A stretch of DNA of 63,952 nt, the filler included, from Octopus bimaculoides (lineage: Eukaryota): NCBI RefSeq assembly GCF_001194135.2. It is 7 parts of 7 records of this genome, joined end to end, with 100 filler letters (N's around TTAATTAATTAA, not from the genome) between each part and the next. Parts side by side here need not be neighbours in the genome. Positions count along the whole stretch, not along the records: positions 62,889 to 63,952 come from NW_026439201.1; 6 more parts are not named here. One strand, written 5' to 3'. The position numbers and the translations under genes were made by a program. The notes beneath the pieces were generated by a model. That model saw only the letters and a program-made list of their open reading frames with translations. It made no database searches and had not been told where the DNA came from. Position 1 is the first letter of the stretch. Each line of letters begins with the position of its first letter. This document shows positions 63,914 to 63,952 of the stretch, piece after piece.

Positions 63914-63952
63914 AAAAGTGAGTTTGGCGGTACATATTATCCGGGCGGATAC

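Overview
AT-rich, repeat-saturated animal genomic DNA with many N gaps. The SINE families and microsatellite load suggest a coleoid cephalopod, probably Octopus (inference). Only three exons are convincing, all on the + strand: one RASA2/3 (GAP1) C2A-domain exon (50460-50580) and the last two exons of an adhesion-type GPCR (57603-57675, 59695-60082). The rest is microsatellite and transposon debris: at least five SINE-like families, RTE, CR1 and R4/Dong-type LINE fragments, a Penelope-like RT fragment, a DD36E Tc1, two mariner fragments, TTAA MITEs and a miniature tRNA-Trp-primed LTR element with a 4-bp TSD. The most unusual signal is a set of minimal hammerhead-ribozyme folds with palindromic stem III in three unrelated repeats. 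One of these is a tRNA-headed SINE that, at both loci where it occurs, has an inverted copy of its own 3' part upstream of the tRNA head, as Penelope-like insertions do. Six N-flanked TTAATTAATTAA linkers are assembly artefacts, so contig order across them is uncertain. Repeat boundaries were read by eye and are approximate unless a TSD or TIR is given.
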